NCBI GenBank assembly: GCA_041746255.1
Contig: JBGTHM010000125.1
Location: 64,114-128,113 of the forward strand
Direction: 5' to 3'
DNA from: Fibrobacteria bacterium
GTDB lineage: Bacteria > Fibrobacterota > Fibrobacteria > UBA11236
Length of the DNA: 64,000 nucleotides
Below, piece after piece: positions 39,382 to 49,424 of the stretch (positions within the stretch are counted from its first letter, which is position 1; each line of letters opens with the position of its first letter). Both the position numbers and the translations under genes were made by a program. The notes beneath the pieces are model-generated. The model saw only the letters and a list, made by a program, of their open reading frames with translations, ran no database searches and had not been told where the DNA came from.

Positions 39382-40449
39382 TTATTTGGTTCCCGTGACG
39401 ACGGGTTTCTTTTTCTTCAGGGTCGTCCCGCCCAACAGGCCTTGCGGGCGGTAAATCATGATAAGGATAAGGGCCAGCGAATAAATGACCATGCGGTATT
39501 CCGCGAAGCCCCGGAAAACCTCCGGAAGTATCGTGAGTATGACCGCTCCGAGAACGGCTCCGGCGGTGCTTCCCAAGCCACCCAGCGAAATCATGATGAT
39601 GATTTCAAAGGAGCGCAGAAAAGTAAAGGAGTTGGTGTGCAGGTACATGGTGAAATGGGCGAACAGGCAGCCGGCCATGCCCGCGAAAGCGGAGGAGATA
39701 ACGAAAGCCAATACCTTGGATCGGGTGACATTGATGCCCATGGCCTGGGCCGCGATTTCGTTTTCCCGTATGGCGGCGAAAGCGCGGCCATAGCTGGAGG
39801 AGACCAGATGCCGCACCGTAGTGATGGATACCACCACCATCAGGGCAACCCAGAAGAAAGTGCTCAGTCTCGTGATACCGGAAAACCCTCGGGCACCGCC
39901 CACGGCATCGATATTCAGGATCAGTACGCGGATTATCTCACCGAATCCCAAGGTTGCGATGGCCAGATAATCGCCCCGTAACCGCAAGGTGGGAATTCCC
40001 ACCAACAAACCCGCTACGGCGCTGGCGGCGGCGGCTACGGTCAGGGCGATGATAAGCAACGCGGAGTCCTGCACCACGGCGGGTAAAAATCCGAATAATC
40101 CCCGCAGCGTAGCACCGAAATAATAGGTGACGTATGCGGAGGTGTATGCGCCAACGGCGAAAAACCCGGCATGGCCGATGGAAAATTGGCCGGTGATACC
40201 GTTGATGAGGTTAAGACTCACCGCTAAGATAATATTGATGCCTGCGAGGATAAGGATTTGGTAATAGTAAGGCCCTTGCAGAAACGGTCCATCCAGAAAG
40301 ACCCAATGCACGGCCTCTTGCAAGAGGAGCAGGCCACCCAAGGCGCCCATAATCCATAGCCAACGCTGGGAAGCCCAGGGGCGTCGACGCTTGCGGATTG
40401 GGGCGGACGACGGAACTTGGGGAAGAGTATTGCTGAGTTCCGTTTCCAC
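39382..40449 (-). CDS. livM: Branched-chain amino acid ABC transporter permease
   Basis: GQFSIGHAGF, LRLRGDYLAIATLGFGEI, AIRENEIAA. Confidence 0.95.
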   Translation of the reverse strand: METELSNTLPQVPSSAPIRKRRRPWASQRWLWIMGALGGLLLLQEAVHWVFLDGPFLQGPYYYQILILAGINIILAVSLNLINGITGQFSIGHAGFFAVGAYTSAYVTYYFGATLRGLFGFLPAVVQDSALLIIALTVAAAASAVAGLLVGIPTLRLRGDYLAIATLGFGEIIRVLILNIDAVGGARGFSGITRLSTFFWVALMVVVSITTVRHLVSSSYGRAFAAIRENEIAAQAMGINVTRSKVLAFVISSAFAGMAGCLFAHFTMYLHTNSFTFLRSFEIIIMISLGGLGSTAGAVLGAVILTILPEVFRGFAEYRMVIYSLALILIMIYRPQGLLGGTTLKKKKPVVTGTK

Positions 40450-41349
40450 TCAGACCTTCTCCACTTGGCCTTTGCCGAGAATACCTTCGGGTTTGAAAAG
40501 AAGGATGACGATGAGGATGAGAAAGGCGATGGCGTCTCGATAGGTGGAGGACCCATAGCCCGCCACCATCACCTCGGCCATGCCCAGAATCAATCCTCCC
40601 AATAGCGCGCCGGTGATATTGCCGATACCTCCCAAAACGGCGGCCACGAATGCTTTGAGGCCGGTCATGATACCCATAAGCGGATCGATGCCCGGAAGGT
40701 TGAGTGAGACCAGGATTCCGGCCGCCGCCGCCAAAGAAGATCCAATGCCGAACGTCAGGGCGATAATGGCATTGGTATTGATGCCCATCAATTTGGCCGC
40801 ATCCAGATTGAAGGAAACGGCTCGCATGGCCGTTCCGGTGCGCGTATAATGAATGAAAAGATTGAGCAGTACCATCAAGGCCAGAGCCACGCCCAAAACG
40901 ATTACCTGCTGATTGGTGATAGTGACGCCCCAGAAAAGCATGCGCCGCTCTTCGATGATTTGCGGGAAGAATTTGGGGTCGGCGCCGAAAAGCAGTTGAC
41001 TGCCGTTTTCCAGAAACAGGGAGACGCCAATAGCGATGATGAGCATGGTGAGTCGCGGAGCCCTTCGCACCGGGCGATACGCGAAGCGTTCAATGGCCAT
41101 GCCGATGAGACCGCAAACGATCATGGCCCCCAGCATCACCACCGTGGCTTCCAAAAAGGCATTGCCGAGAAAGCCATGCACGCGCAGGGAGATGTAATAA
41201 CCCGTGAAGGCCCCGAGCATATAGACGTCGCCGTGGGCGAAATTGATTAGGCGCAGAATTCCGTAAACCATGGTATAGCCGAGCGCCACCAAGGCGTATA
41301 TGCTGCCTAGCGACAGGCCGTTGACTATTTGTTGGAGGAAGGTTTCCAT
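40450..41349 (-). CDS. livH: Branched-chain amino acid ABC transporter permease
   Basis: GSIYALVALGYTMVYG..INFAHG, KAFVAAVLGGIG. Confidence 0.95.
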   Translation of the reverse strand: METFLQQIVNGLSLGSIYALVALGYTMVYGILRLINFAHGDVYMLGAFTGYYISLRVHGFLGNAFLEATVVMLGAMIVCGLIGMAIERFAYRPVRRAPRLTMLIIAIGVSLFLENGSQLLFGADPKFFPQIIEERRMLFWGVTITNQQVIVLGVALALMVLLNLFIHYTRTGTAMRAVSFNLDAAKLMGINTNAIIALTFGIGSSLAAAAGILVSLNLPGIDPLMGIMTGLKAFVAAVLGGIGNITGALLGGLILGMAEVMVAGYGSSTYRDAIAFLILIVILLFKPEGILGKGQVEKV

Positions 41350-41376
41350 GGCCCCGTTTCCGTTTTCCCTCGGATT

Positions 41377-42558
41377 TTAAGGGTTGACGGTTTCTTTATA
41401 GCGGGCTACGCCGTCGTTGAACTCCAATACCACGGCCGACTTGAGGGCGTTGCGATGCTCGTCCAGTGAGATATTTCCGGTTATGCCCTGGTACTCTCGA
41501 GTCGTGGCCAAGGCTGCTTTGATATTATCCGCCCCCGTGTTTCCGGCCCGTCCGATGGCGTCGGCCAGAATCATGGCGGCGTCATAACCCAGGGCCGACA
41601 TCGCGTCCGGTTCTTCCTTGTATTTGGCCCGGAATTCTTCCACGAACGCTTGGATGATCGGATTGGGATCTTCAGCGGAATAATGGTTGGAATAGTAAGA
41701 GCCGTTCAACGCCGTCCCCCCGATTTCCCAAAGTTTGGCTGAATCCCAGCCATCGCCCCCCAGCAAGACGGCGTTCAGTCCCAGCGTGTTCGCCTGTCGG
41801 GCGATGAGTCCCACTTCAGTGTAATAACCCGGCACGAAAACCCCTTCCGGCTTTACGGCGCGAATGGTGGTAAGCTGCGCCCCGAAATCCTTGTCACCGG
41901 CGGAATAACTTTCATTGGCAACTATGGTTCCGCCCAGCGCTTCGAAATTCTGGGTGAAAAAATTGGCCAGTCCCATGGAATAATCGCTTTTAACGTCGCG
42001 CAAAATGGCGATTTTACGAAGACCCAAACTGTTATAGGCGAACTTGGCCATGACTGCGCCTTGAAACGGATCGATAAAGCAGATGCGGAAGATGTAATCG
42101 CCGATTTCCGTGACTTTGGGATTGGTCGAGGCGGGAGTGACCAAGGGAATTCGGTTTTGTTGGGCCACCGGAGCGGCCGCGATGGTGTTGGAGGAAGCGA
42201 CTTGGCCCAAAACCGCTACTACGCGATCCTTGTTGATTAATTTGGTTACGGCGGTAATGGACTCTTCGGGCTTGCCTTGGTCGTCTTCCCGGAACAATTT
42301 GAGTTGTTTGCCGAGGACGCCACCGGATTGATTGATCTTCTCCAAGGCCATGTCGACGCCTTTGGCGGTGGATTGCCCGAAGGTAGCCGTAGGTCCTGTG
42401 AGGGAGCCGAATTCTCCGATGCGGATGATATTGGCTTCTTCTGCCGAGTTTTGCCCGCAACTCATTAGGATTGATCCCAATACCAAGAGTGGAAGCAGGA
42501 AAAAAGTAAATGGAATTAGACGGATTTTCGGGTTCAATCGCATGGTGAATTTCCTCAT
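41377..42558 (-). CDS. livK: Branched-chain amino acid ABC transporter substrate-binding lipoprotein
   Basis: Lipobox LMSC; SLTG..A.FG, FRICFIDPFQG, GYDAA; first gene of the liv operon. Confidence 0.88.
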   Translation of the reverse strand: MRKFTMRLNPKIRLIPFTFFLLPLLVLGSILMSCGQNSAEEANIIRIGEFGSLTGPTATFGQSTAKGVDMALEKINQSGGVLGKQLKLFREDDQGKPEESITAVTKLINKDRVVAVLGQVASSNTIAAAPVAQQNRIPLVTPASTNPKVTEIGDYIFRICFIDPFQGAVMAKFAYNSLGLRKIAILRDVKSDYSMGLANFFTQNFEALGGTIVANESYSAGDKDFGAQLTTIRAVKPEGVFVPGYYTEVGLIARQANTLGLNAVLLGGDGWDSAKLWEIGGTALNGSYYSNHYSAEDPNPIIQAFVEEFRAKYKEEPDAMSALGYDAAMILADAIGRAGNTGADNIKAALATTREYQGITGNISLDEHRNALKSAVVLEFNDGVARYKETVNP

Positions 42559-42710
42559 TTTTTCCTCATTTCGGCTGAATCGAAAACCAATCGGAGTCCG
42601 AATAACAGATTAGATTAAAAAATAGCTACATGGGCCGTAATCAGTCAGCGTTAACAGGGTATTTCCGCCATTTGTTGGTATTTTTCCCGAATCTTGTTTT
42701 GGGAGGCTAA

Positions 42711-43307
42711 ATGTTCGGACTAAATCGCGGCGCGACGGTATTGTTGGCAAGTTTCAGCCTTTTCGGGTTGAGTGGCTGTGGTTATAACGCCATCCAGGCT
42801 CTGGATGAACAAATCAACGCTTCCTGGTCGGAGGTCCTCAACCAATACCAACGGCGTGCAGACCTGGTTCCCAATCTCGTGAACGTGGTGAAAGGCTATG
42901 CCGCCCACGAAGCCGAAGTGCTGCAACAAGTGACTGAAGCGCGCGCCCGGGTCGGCTCGATTCAGGCGACTCCGGACCTCGTGAACAATCCCGAAGCCTT
43001 CCAACAATTTCAAGGCGCCCAGTCCGAATTGGGTGGAGCCTTGTCCCGGCTTTTGATGGTGACTGAAAATTATCCGCAATTGAAAGCCGACGGTCTATTT
43101 CGCGATTTGCAGGCCCAGCTCGAAGGTACGGAGAACCGAATCACCGTAGCCCGTAATCGCTATATCGTGGCGGTGCAGGGCTACAATACCCGCATCCGGC
43201 AGTTTCCTTCCAATCTCACCGCCAAAATGTTCGGCTATAGCCCTAAGCCTAATTTTACCGTGACCAATCCGGAAGCCTTGTCGCAGCCCCCGCAAGTGGA
43301 ATTTTAA
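42711..43307 (+). CDS. lemA: LemA family protein
   Basis: CGYN..Q, QYQRRADLVPNLV, ENYPQLKA, LEGTENRI.VAR. Confidence 0.96.
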   Translation: MFGLNRGATVLLASFSLFGLSGCGYNAIQALDEQINASWSEVLNQYQRRADLVPNLVNVVKGYAAHEAEVLQQVTEARARVGSIQATPDLVNNPEAFQQFQGAQSELGGALSRLLMVTENYPQLKADGLFRDLQAQLEGTENRITVARNRYIVAVQGYNTRIRQFPSNLTAKMFGYSPKPNFTVTNPEALSQPPQVEF

Positions 43308-43337
43308 TCCCGGTATCCGGTATAGGATTTCCTGAAA

Positions 43338-44246
43338 ATGCCATCGGTTACCCCCTCGATCTCGGTTCGGAGTAAGTGGCCTAGGGCGCTTGTCGCTACG
43401 CTCTTTCCGCTCTTGCTTTTGGGTTTGGCTGTAGCCAGAGAGATGCCCCTTCCCGAGCTGACAGGCCGCGTGGTCGATGGCACCGGGCTGCTCACCTCCG
43501 AGCAAAGGCGCAGCCTGGAGACCCGTCTACAAGCCCTGGAAGAAACCCAGGGCGCCCAGGTCGCGGTTTTGCTGGTTCCTTCCACCGGCTCTGAAACCGT
43601 CGAACAATTTGCCTTACGAGTGGTGGAAAAATGGAAGTTGGGCCGCGAAAAAGTCGATGACGGCATTCTTTTTCTGATAGCCATGGAAGACCGGACCCTT
43701 CGCATCGAAGTCGGCTACGGCCTTGAAGGCGCGGTCAGCGATGCCGTCAGTAAGCGGATTATCAGCGAAATAGTCACACCTTGGTTCCAGGAAGGACGCT
43801 ACTTCGAAGGCATAGAGGCCGGTGTAAACAGCCTCATTAAGGTTATCGAAGGCGAACCCCTTCCCCCTCCCACTGCAAAGCGGGGAGACGAGGGAGACGG
43901 GAGTGGATTCGCAATCCTTTTTCTATTGATAGCGGTTGCAGTGGGAATGGTTCTCAAGGGAATTTTCGGCAGGATGTTGGGAGGATTCTTTACCGGCGGC
44001 TTGGTGGCTTTGTTCGGATGGCTATTTCTGGGGTCGTTGGTGGTTGCCTTGTTTTTCGGCTTTTTCGCATTTTTATTCGTAATAGCGGGTAATTTGGGAG
44101 GGCGGTTTGGACGGGGAGGTATCGGTCGTCATAGTGGATGGGGAGGCGGTGGTTTCGGAGGCGGTCGTCGAGGCGGCGGCTTTGGAGGCGGCTTCGGCGG
44201 CGGCGGAGGTGGTTTTGGCGGTGGCGGCGCATCGGGGCGTTGGTAA
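43338..44246 (+). CDS. TPM-domain (YgcG-like) membrane protein with a Gly-rich tail
   Basis: GRVVD.TG.L, RIEVGYGLEG, C-terminal GGGGGFGGGGASGRW. Confidence 0.92.
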   Translation: MPSVTPSISVRSKWPRALVATLFPLLLLGLAVAREMPLPELTGRVVDGTGLLTSEQRRSLETRLQALEETQGAQVAVLLVPSTGSETVEQFALRVVEKWKLGREKVDDGILFLIAMEDRTLRIEVGYGLEGAVSDAVSKRIISEIVTPWFQEGRYFEGIEAGVNSLIKVIEGEPLPPPTAKRGDEGDGSGFAILFLLIAVAVGMVLKGIFGRMLGGFFTGGLVALFGWLFLGSLVVALFFGFFAFLFVIAGNLGGRFGRGGIGRHSGWGGGGFGGGRRGGGFGGGFGGGGGGFGGGGASGRW

Positions 44247-44264
44247 GCAAGACGGAAAGACGGT

Positions 44265-44771
44265 ATGGGCAATACAACGATAACCCGGATAGCGGAACAT
44301 TTATGGACCGGAGAAATGCATGTTCGCTTCGCATTGCCGCCCGAGGTGATGCTAAAAATCGAAGCCGTTATCGGCGAATGTGAAACCACGCATGACGGCG
44401 AAATATGTTTCGCGGTGGAGCCGGCCATGGATTTGGGCTTGTTGCTCAAAGGGATTTCGGCGCGGGAGCGGGCGATTCAGGTTTTTTCGGATATGCGCGT
44501 CTGGGATACCCAAGGCAACAACGGAGTACTGATTTACCTACTCCTTGCCGACCATGACGTGGAAATCGTGGCCGACAGGGGTATTCACGAAAAGGTGGGG
44601 CCGCAAGGCTGGGAATCCATTTGCAAGCGCATGGAGGAATGTTTTCGGCAGCGTCGATTCGAAGAAGGGGTCGTGTTGGGAATTCGCGCCGTCAGCGAAG
44701 AGCTTTCCCGTCATTTCCCCAACACGGGCAAAAAAACCAACGAACTTCCCGATAAACCGGTAATCATTTGA
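44265..44771 (+). CDS. TPM-domain protein
   Basis: E....GEI, VWDT..NNGVLIYLLLAD..VEIVADRGI, NELPD. Confidence 0.9.
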   Translation: MGNTTITRIAEHLWTGEMHVRFALPPEVMLKIEAVIGECETTHDGEICFAVEPAMDLGLLLKGISARERAIQVFSDMRVWDTQGNNGVLIYLLLADHDVEIVADRGIHEKVGPQGWESICKRMEECFRQRRFEEGVVLGIRAVSEELSRHFPNTGKKTNELPDKPVII

Positions 44772-44787
44772 CGCGTTTCCGGCGCGG

Positions 44788-46686
44788 TCATTCCAAATAG
44801 GTATAACCGTATAGCCCGGAGCGGTAGATAGCCAGGAATTCCTTGCCTTCCAAGGCGGTAATACGCCCCTCCTTCACGGAAACGCTCACCCACGATTCGA
44901 GATCGCGCACAAGCTTCTTCGAGGAGAATTGCACGTAATCGAGCACGTCCGCCACCGATTCTCCGTCCAACACTTGGTCGATGACAAAGCCGCCGTTACC
45001 GTCGGCCACGATATGCACGGCATTGGTGTCGCCGAAAAGATTGTGCAAGTCGCCTAAAATTTCCTGATAGGCGCCGACCAGATAAACCGCGAGATAATAA
45101 GTTTCATCCGAATGCAATTCGTGCACCGGCAGACTTCTGCTGAGTTCAGCCTGACGGATGAAACGGTCGATTTGACCATCGGAATCGCAGGTGATGTCCT
45201 GCAATGTCGCCTGGCGGGTGGGTTCTTCCGTCAGCCTGTGAATAGGCATGATGGGGAAGATCTGATCCACGGCCCAGGAGTCGGGTAGAGATTGGAACAA
45301 AGAGAAATTGCAGAAATATTTTTCCGCCAGCAGCCGGGAAAGGTTTTGTAATTCGAGCGGTGGATGACGAAGTTGCGCCGCCATGGTTTCCGCTTTCTGG
45401 GCGATGGACCAGAAAAGCCTCTCAGCCTTGGCCCGGGTTCGCAAATCCAAAATGCCCAGGTTGAAGCGGTCCAGCACGTCCTCGCGCATTTGCAGGGCAT
45501 CGTGCCACGATTCCAACAAGGATGCCTGGGTGATATTTCTATAAATGGTATTGAGATCACGAACCAGTTCGCCATCGCTTTCCGAAACCTTGTGTTCATC
45601 CTCGTTCCAGACGGGCTGCCGGGCGGTTTCCAAAACGTTGAAAACCAGGATGGAATGGTGCGCGGTCAAGGCGCGGCCCGCTTCGGTGACGACATTGGGA
45701 TGCGGCAATTCATTTTTCGCCGCGGCATCGCCCAGGGTATACAGCACGTCATTGGCGTATTCCTGGATGGTGTAATTCACGCTGCTCGCGCTGGTTGAGC
45801 GCGTGCCGTCATAGTCGACGCCCAATCCACCCCCGATATCCACGAAATCGATTTTCAGTCCCATTTTCTGGAGTTGCACATAAAACTGGGCGACTTCGCG
45901 CAGCCCCGCTTTGATCTTGCGGATATTGGTAATCTGGCTGCCCAGATGGAAGTGGATGAGATTGATACAGGGTTCCAGGCCTTCCGCCTTGGCCAAGTCC
46001 AGGGCTTCGACCAGCTCGGAGCTGTTCAAGCCGAACTTGCTTTGATCGCCTCCCGACTCCTCCCATTTGCCGCTGCCGGAGCTGGCGAGCTTGATGCGCA
46101 TCCCGATATTCGGTTTAATATTGAGTCGTGTCGCCACGTTTTTGATAAGGCGCAATTCGTTGGTTTTCTCCACGACGATGAAGATTTTCTTTCCCATTTT
46201 CTGGGCCAGCAGCGCCAACTCAATGAATTCTTCATCTTTATAACCGTTACAAATAACCACGGATTCCGGATTGTCCATAATGGCCAATACGGCTTGCAGC
46301 TCCGGTTTGGAGCCGGCTTCCAACCCGATGTTGAATTTTTTGCCGTGACGGACGATTTCTTCCAGAACGGGGCGTTGCTGGTTGACCTTGATGGGGAATA
46401 CATTGAAATATTTTCCCTGGTACTCGTATTCGCGGGCGGCTTTTTCGAAACAGCTGGAAATCTGCTCGATGCGGCTATCGAGAATATCGGGAAAACGCAG
46501 TAAAACCGGGCATCCTACGTCTCGCAGTGCCAGTTCGTCCATGATGTCCTTGAGATCAATGTCCGTGCCTCCGCCTTTACGGATATGCACGGTGGCATGC
46601 CCTTTTTCATTGATATCGAAATAGCCCGCGCCCCACCCAGCGGTATTATACAGGTCTTTGGAATCCTCGATTCGCCACTTACGCAT
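44788..46686 (-). CDS. speA: Biosynthetic arginine decarboxylase
   Basis: FPIKVNQ (PLP Lys), GLEAGSKPEL, HFHLGSQI, DIGGGLGVDYDG, TCDSDG, GAYQEILGDLHNLFGDT. Confidence 0.97.
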   Translation of the reverse strand: MRKWRIEDSKDLYNTAGWGAGYFDINEKGHATVHIRKGGGTDIDLKDIMDELALRDVGCPVLLRFPDILDSRIEQISSCFEKAAREYEYQGKYFNVFPIKVNQQRPVLEEIVRHGKKFNIGLEAGSKPELQAVLAIMDNPESVVICNGYKDEEFIELALLAQKMGKKIFIVVEKTNELRLIKNVATRLNIKPNIGMRIKLASSGSGKWEESGGDQSKFGLNSSELVEALDLAKAEGLEPCINLIHFHLGSQITNIRKIKAGLREVAQFYVQLQKMGLKIDFVDIGGGLGVDYDGTRSTSASSVNYTIQEYANDVLYTLGDAAAKNELPHPNVVTEAGRALTAHHSILVFNVLETARQPVWNEDEHKVSESDGELVRDLNTIYRNITQASLLESWHDALQMREDVLDRFNLGILDLRTRAKAERLFWSIAQKAETMAAQLRHPPLELQNLSRLLAEKYFCNFSLFQSLPDSWAVDQIFPIMPIHRLTEEPTRQATLQDITCDSDGQIDRFIRQAELSRSLPVHELHSDETYYLAVYLVGAYQEILGDLHNLFGDTNAVHIVADGNGGFVIDQVLDGESVADVLDYVQFSSKKLVRDLESWVSVSVKEGRITALEGKEFLAIYRSGLYGYTYLE

Positions 46687-46916
46687 TTATGTTGTCCGTC
46701 TCCTGTTCCCGGGGGGATTGATTTCGACCCAAAAATAACAAAGGGGGCGGGAGTGCGGGGATTTTGGGACAGTCGGGAAAATTGGGTAGCGGAATAGGCC
46801 ACCCCAACCCCATTTTTAGGCGTTTTTCGAAGCCTCCCGCCTTTTCATCTTTTCCTTCTCGTAGCACCGGAATGGGATATTACTTTTGGAATGGATATGT
46901 AGCAGGAGGTCGCAAT

Positions 46917-47522
46917 ATGACACGCCTTGGCAAAGTTCTTCAATTCCGCATTTCGCTCCGACATATCGCCCCGGAAATATGGCGTCGAATTCAAATGCCT
47001 GCCACGAAAACATTCTGGGACTTACATATTGCCCTTCAGGATTCGATGGGTTGGCAGGACAAACATATGCATGTTTTCCGCCTACCCGCCGCTCATCCCG
47101 GCCATTTCACTGAAGTCGGATTACCCGGCGATGAGGGCTTATGGGAAGCGGAAGCCGTACTGCCTGGATGGAATATCAATCTTTCGCAGCATTTCCATAC
47201 TTCCGGCGCCAAGGCGATTTATGAATACGACTTTGGCGACGGTTGGGAACATGAAATAGAATTGGAAGCGGTGCTTCCGCGGGAGAAGGGGGCGAAATAC
47301 CCCGTTTGCCTGGATGGAGAACGTGCCTGTCCCCCTGAAGATTGCGGTGGCCCGCCGGGATTTGCGGATATGCTCGAGGTTTTGAAAAACCCTCACAGTC
47401 GTGAAGCCCGGGAGGTGACTTCCTGGCTGGGACGAACCTTCGACCCGGCGGAATTTTCGCCCAGTTCGGTGCGTTTTACCAATCCCAAGAAGAAGTTGGA
47501 TTTGCTGACCCGTGAAGACTAA
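46917..47522 (+). CDS. Plasmid pRiA4b ORF-3-like family protein
   Basis: PEIWRRI, LH..LQ..MGW...H.H.F, YEYDFGDGWEH, GERACPPEDCGG; AGGAGG RBS before ATG 46917. Confidence 0.9.
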   Translation: MTRLGKVLQFRISLRHIAPEIWRRIQMPATKTFWDLHIALQDSMGWQDKHMHVFRLPAAHPGHFTEVGLPGDEGLWEAEAVLPGWNINLSQHFHTSGAKAIYEYDFGDGWEHEIELEAVLPREKGAKYPVCLDGERACPPEDCGGPPGFADMLEVLKNPHSREAREVTSWLGRTFDPAEFSPSSVRFTNPKKKLDLLTRED

Positions 47523-47610
47523 GAGGTGCAAAGTTTGTACCTTTTTCACGCAACTCGCGGATTCTTTGCAAAAACAATCCGATTCCCTCCATTCAACCCT
47601 TGAGGCTTCG

Positions 47611-48324
47611 ATGCGTAAAGTCGTACCCCTTATAACCGCCGGCTTGGTCGTTGCGGTTCTCAGTAATTGTAACGCCGATAAACAAACGACCAGCGGCGCC
47701 AACGTGCAGCTCAAAACGAAAAAAGATTCCGTCAGCTATGCGATCGGCATGGATATCGGTGGAAATTTCAAATCCCAGTCCATCGAATTCGAAATAAAGG
47801 CATTGGTAGCCGGTATTCAGGATGTCGTGCAGGACAAACAAACCAAGCTGAACGAAGAGCAGATTGGTCAAATCATGACAGCCTTTCAACAGGAGATGCA
47901 GCAGAAAATGCAGGCTAAATCAGAAGAAGACTCAAAGAAAAACAAGGAGGTCGGAGTGGAATTCCTTAAGGCCAATGCCGAGAAGGAAGGCGTGGTAACC
48001 CTGGAAAGCGGTTTACAGTACAAAGTCATCAACGAAGGAAACGGCGCAAGCCCCACGGCGGAACAAAGTGTTTCCTGCCATTATCGCGGAACCCTTATCG
48101 ACGGCACGGAATTCGATAGTTCCTATAAGCGCGGAGAACCGGCCACTTTCCCCGTGAGCGGAGTGATACCGGGATGGACGGAAGCCTTACAGAAAATGAA
48201 AAAAGGCGCCAAATGGGAATTGTACGTTCCTTCCGATCTCGCCTACGGTGAACGCGGAGCCGGTCAGACAATCGGACCCAATGCGACACTCATTTTCGAA
48301 GTCGAGTTGCTGGAGATCATGTAA
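47611..48324 (+). CDS. fkpA: FKBP-type peptidyl-prolyl isomerase (FkpA/Mip-like lipoprotein)
   Basis: SYAIG, LESGLQY, HYRGTLIDGTEFDSS, VIPGWTEAL, LIFEVELL. Confidence 0.93.
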   Translation: MRKVVPLITAGLVVAVLSNCNADKQTTSGANVQLKTKKDSVSYAIGMDIGGNFKSQSIEFEIKALVAGIQDVVQDKQTKLNEEQIGQIMTAFQQEMQQKMQAKSEEDSKKNKEVGVEFLKANAEKEGVVTLESGLQYKVINEGNGASPTAEQSVSCHYRGTLIDGTEFDSSYKRGEPATFPVSGVIPGWTEALQKMKKGAKWELYVPSDLAYGERGAGQTIGPNATLIFEVELLEIM

Positions 48325-48379
48325 CCTAGCACTCCAACTGAATCCTAAAGATACGGGGCAAAGTCGCCGTGAGTCTAGG

Positions 48380-48412
48380 GTCCCGCTCCATTTTGGCGCG
48401 GGACTTTTTTTT
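48380..48412 (+). terminator. Rho-independent terminator after fkpA
   Basis: GTCCCGC...GCGGGAC stem followed by T8. Confidence 0.85.
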
Positions 48413-48466
48413 ATGCATTTCCGAAATATCGGAATTTCACAATCGGGAAAATTATTTTCCGATAAA

Positions 48467-49408
48467 ATGAATCCATTTATCGTTTCCATAGGCAGCCTCA
48501 ATGCCGACATTCAGGTGCGGGTCGACCGGTTACCGGGGTTACAGGAAACGCTTATCGGTCGCGACTTCATGATGCTGGGCGGGGGCAAAGCCGCCAATGT
48601 GGCTTTTCTGGCGCGGCGACTGGGTGTAGAATCCCGTCTGGTAGCTCGGGTGGGTAGCGATAGCCTGGCCGACCTGGCGTTAAAGGCCATGAAAAAAGTG
48701 GGTGTAGATTTACGCCATGTGAAAACCGTGCCTGGACAGTGTACGGCGGTAACCTTGATTTTCATGCGCCCGGACGGCGGAAAAGCCACCGTACTTTCTC
48801 AAAATGCCAATGACGCCTGGGGCCATGAGGATGAGAAGGAAATCACAACGGCACTAAATCAGGCTCCCGTCGGATCGGTGCTGGTTATCGATTTGGACAT
48901 TCCGGCTTTTCTGGTTCGCTACGCCCTACAGGAGGCGCGGCGACGTAACCTTGCCGTAATTCTTGATGCCTCTCCGATCAACCGGTTCACGGAGGATATG
49001 TTTCGGTATTGTGATTTTGTGACATTGACCCTAGGAGATGCTGCGCGGCTGCTGGGGCGTTCCCAAATCTATCCCGAAGAAGGAATCGAAGCGGCTGCGG
49101 AACTTGCGACCAGGGGTAGCGCTACAATTTGCCTGAAAATGGGGGCTGCGGGGTGTGCCGTCGTAGGGGAGGAAGTCTATCAAACGCTTTCTTCCCCCAT
49201 TCCCACCAGGCCGATGGTGGTTACAGGGGGAGGCGAGGCTTTTGCCGGAGCTTTGGCTGTGGCCCTACTCCAAAAAAGAAAATTGCAGGAGGCGCTTTCT
49301 TTCGCTGTAACGGTTTCGACCCTGGCGGTGACTAACTATGGAGCGCAAACGGCTTATCCCGATATGGACGAGGTGGAAAAGCACCTTGCCCAAGGGGTGA
49401 GTGGATAG
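48467..49408 (+). CDS. PfkB/ribokinase-family protein with degenerate catalytic motifs
   Basis: [29 protein letters not shown]-terminal signature reads [11 protein letters not shown] instead of DTxGAGD. Confidence 0.85.
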   Translation: MNPFIVSIGSLNADIQVRVDRLPGLQETLIGRDFMMLGGGKAANVAFLARRLGVESRLVARVGSDSLADLALKAMKKVGVDLRHVKTVPGQCTAVTLIFMRPDGGKATVLSQNANDAWGHEDEKEITTALNQAPVGSVLVIDLDIPAFLVRYALQEARRRNLAVILDASPINRFTEDMFRYCDFVTLTLGDAARLLGRSQIYPEEGIEAAAELATRGSATICLKMGAAGCAVVGEEVYQTLSSPIPTRPMVVTGGGEAFAGALAVALLQKRKLQEALSFAVTVSTLAVTNYGAQTAYPDMDEVEKHLAQGVSG

Positions 49409-49424
49409 GGAAGAGGGAGGTAAC

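Noticed and set aside
44100..44243. GGC/GGT-rich low-complexity repeat
   Set aside because: Encodes the normal Gly-rich tail of TPM/YgcG proteins.
46917..47522. pRiA4b ORF-3 protein as evidence of a plasmid or mobile element
   Set aside because: The family is commonly chromosomal; there are no flanking transposase, integrase or terminal repeats.
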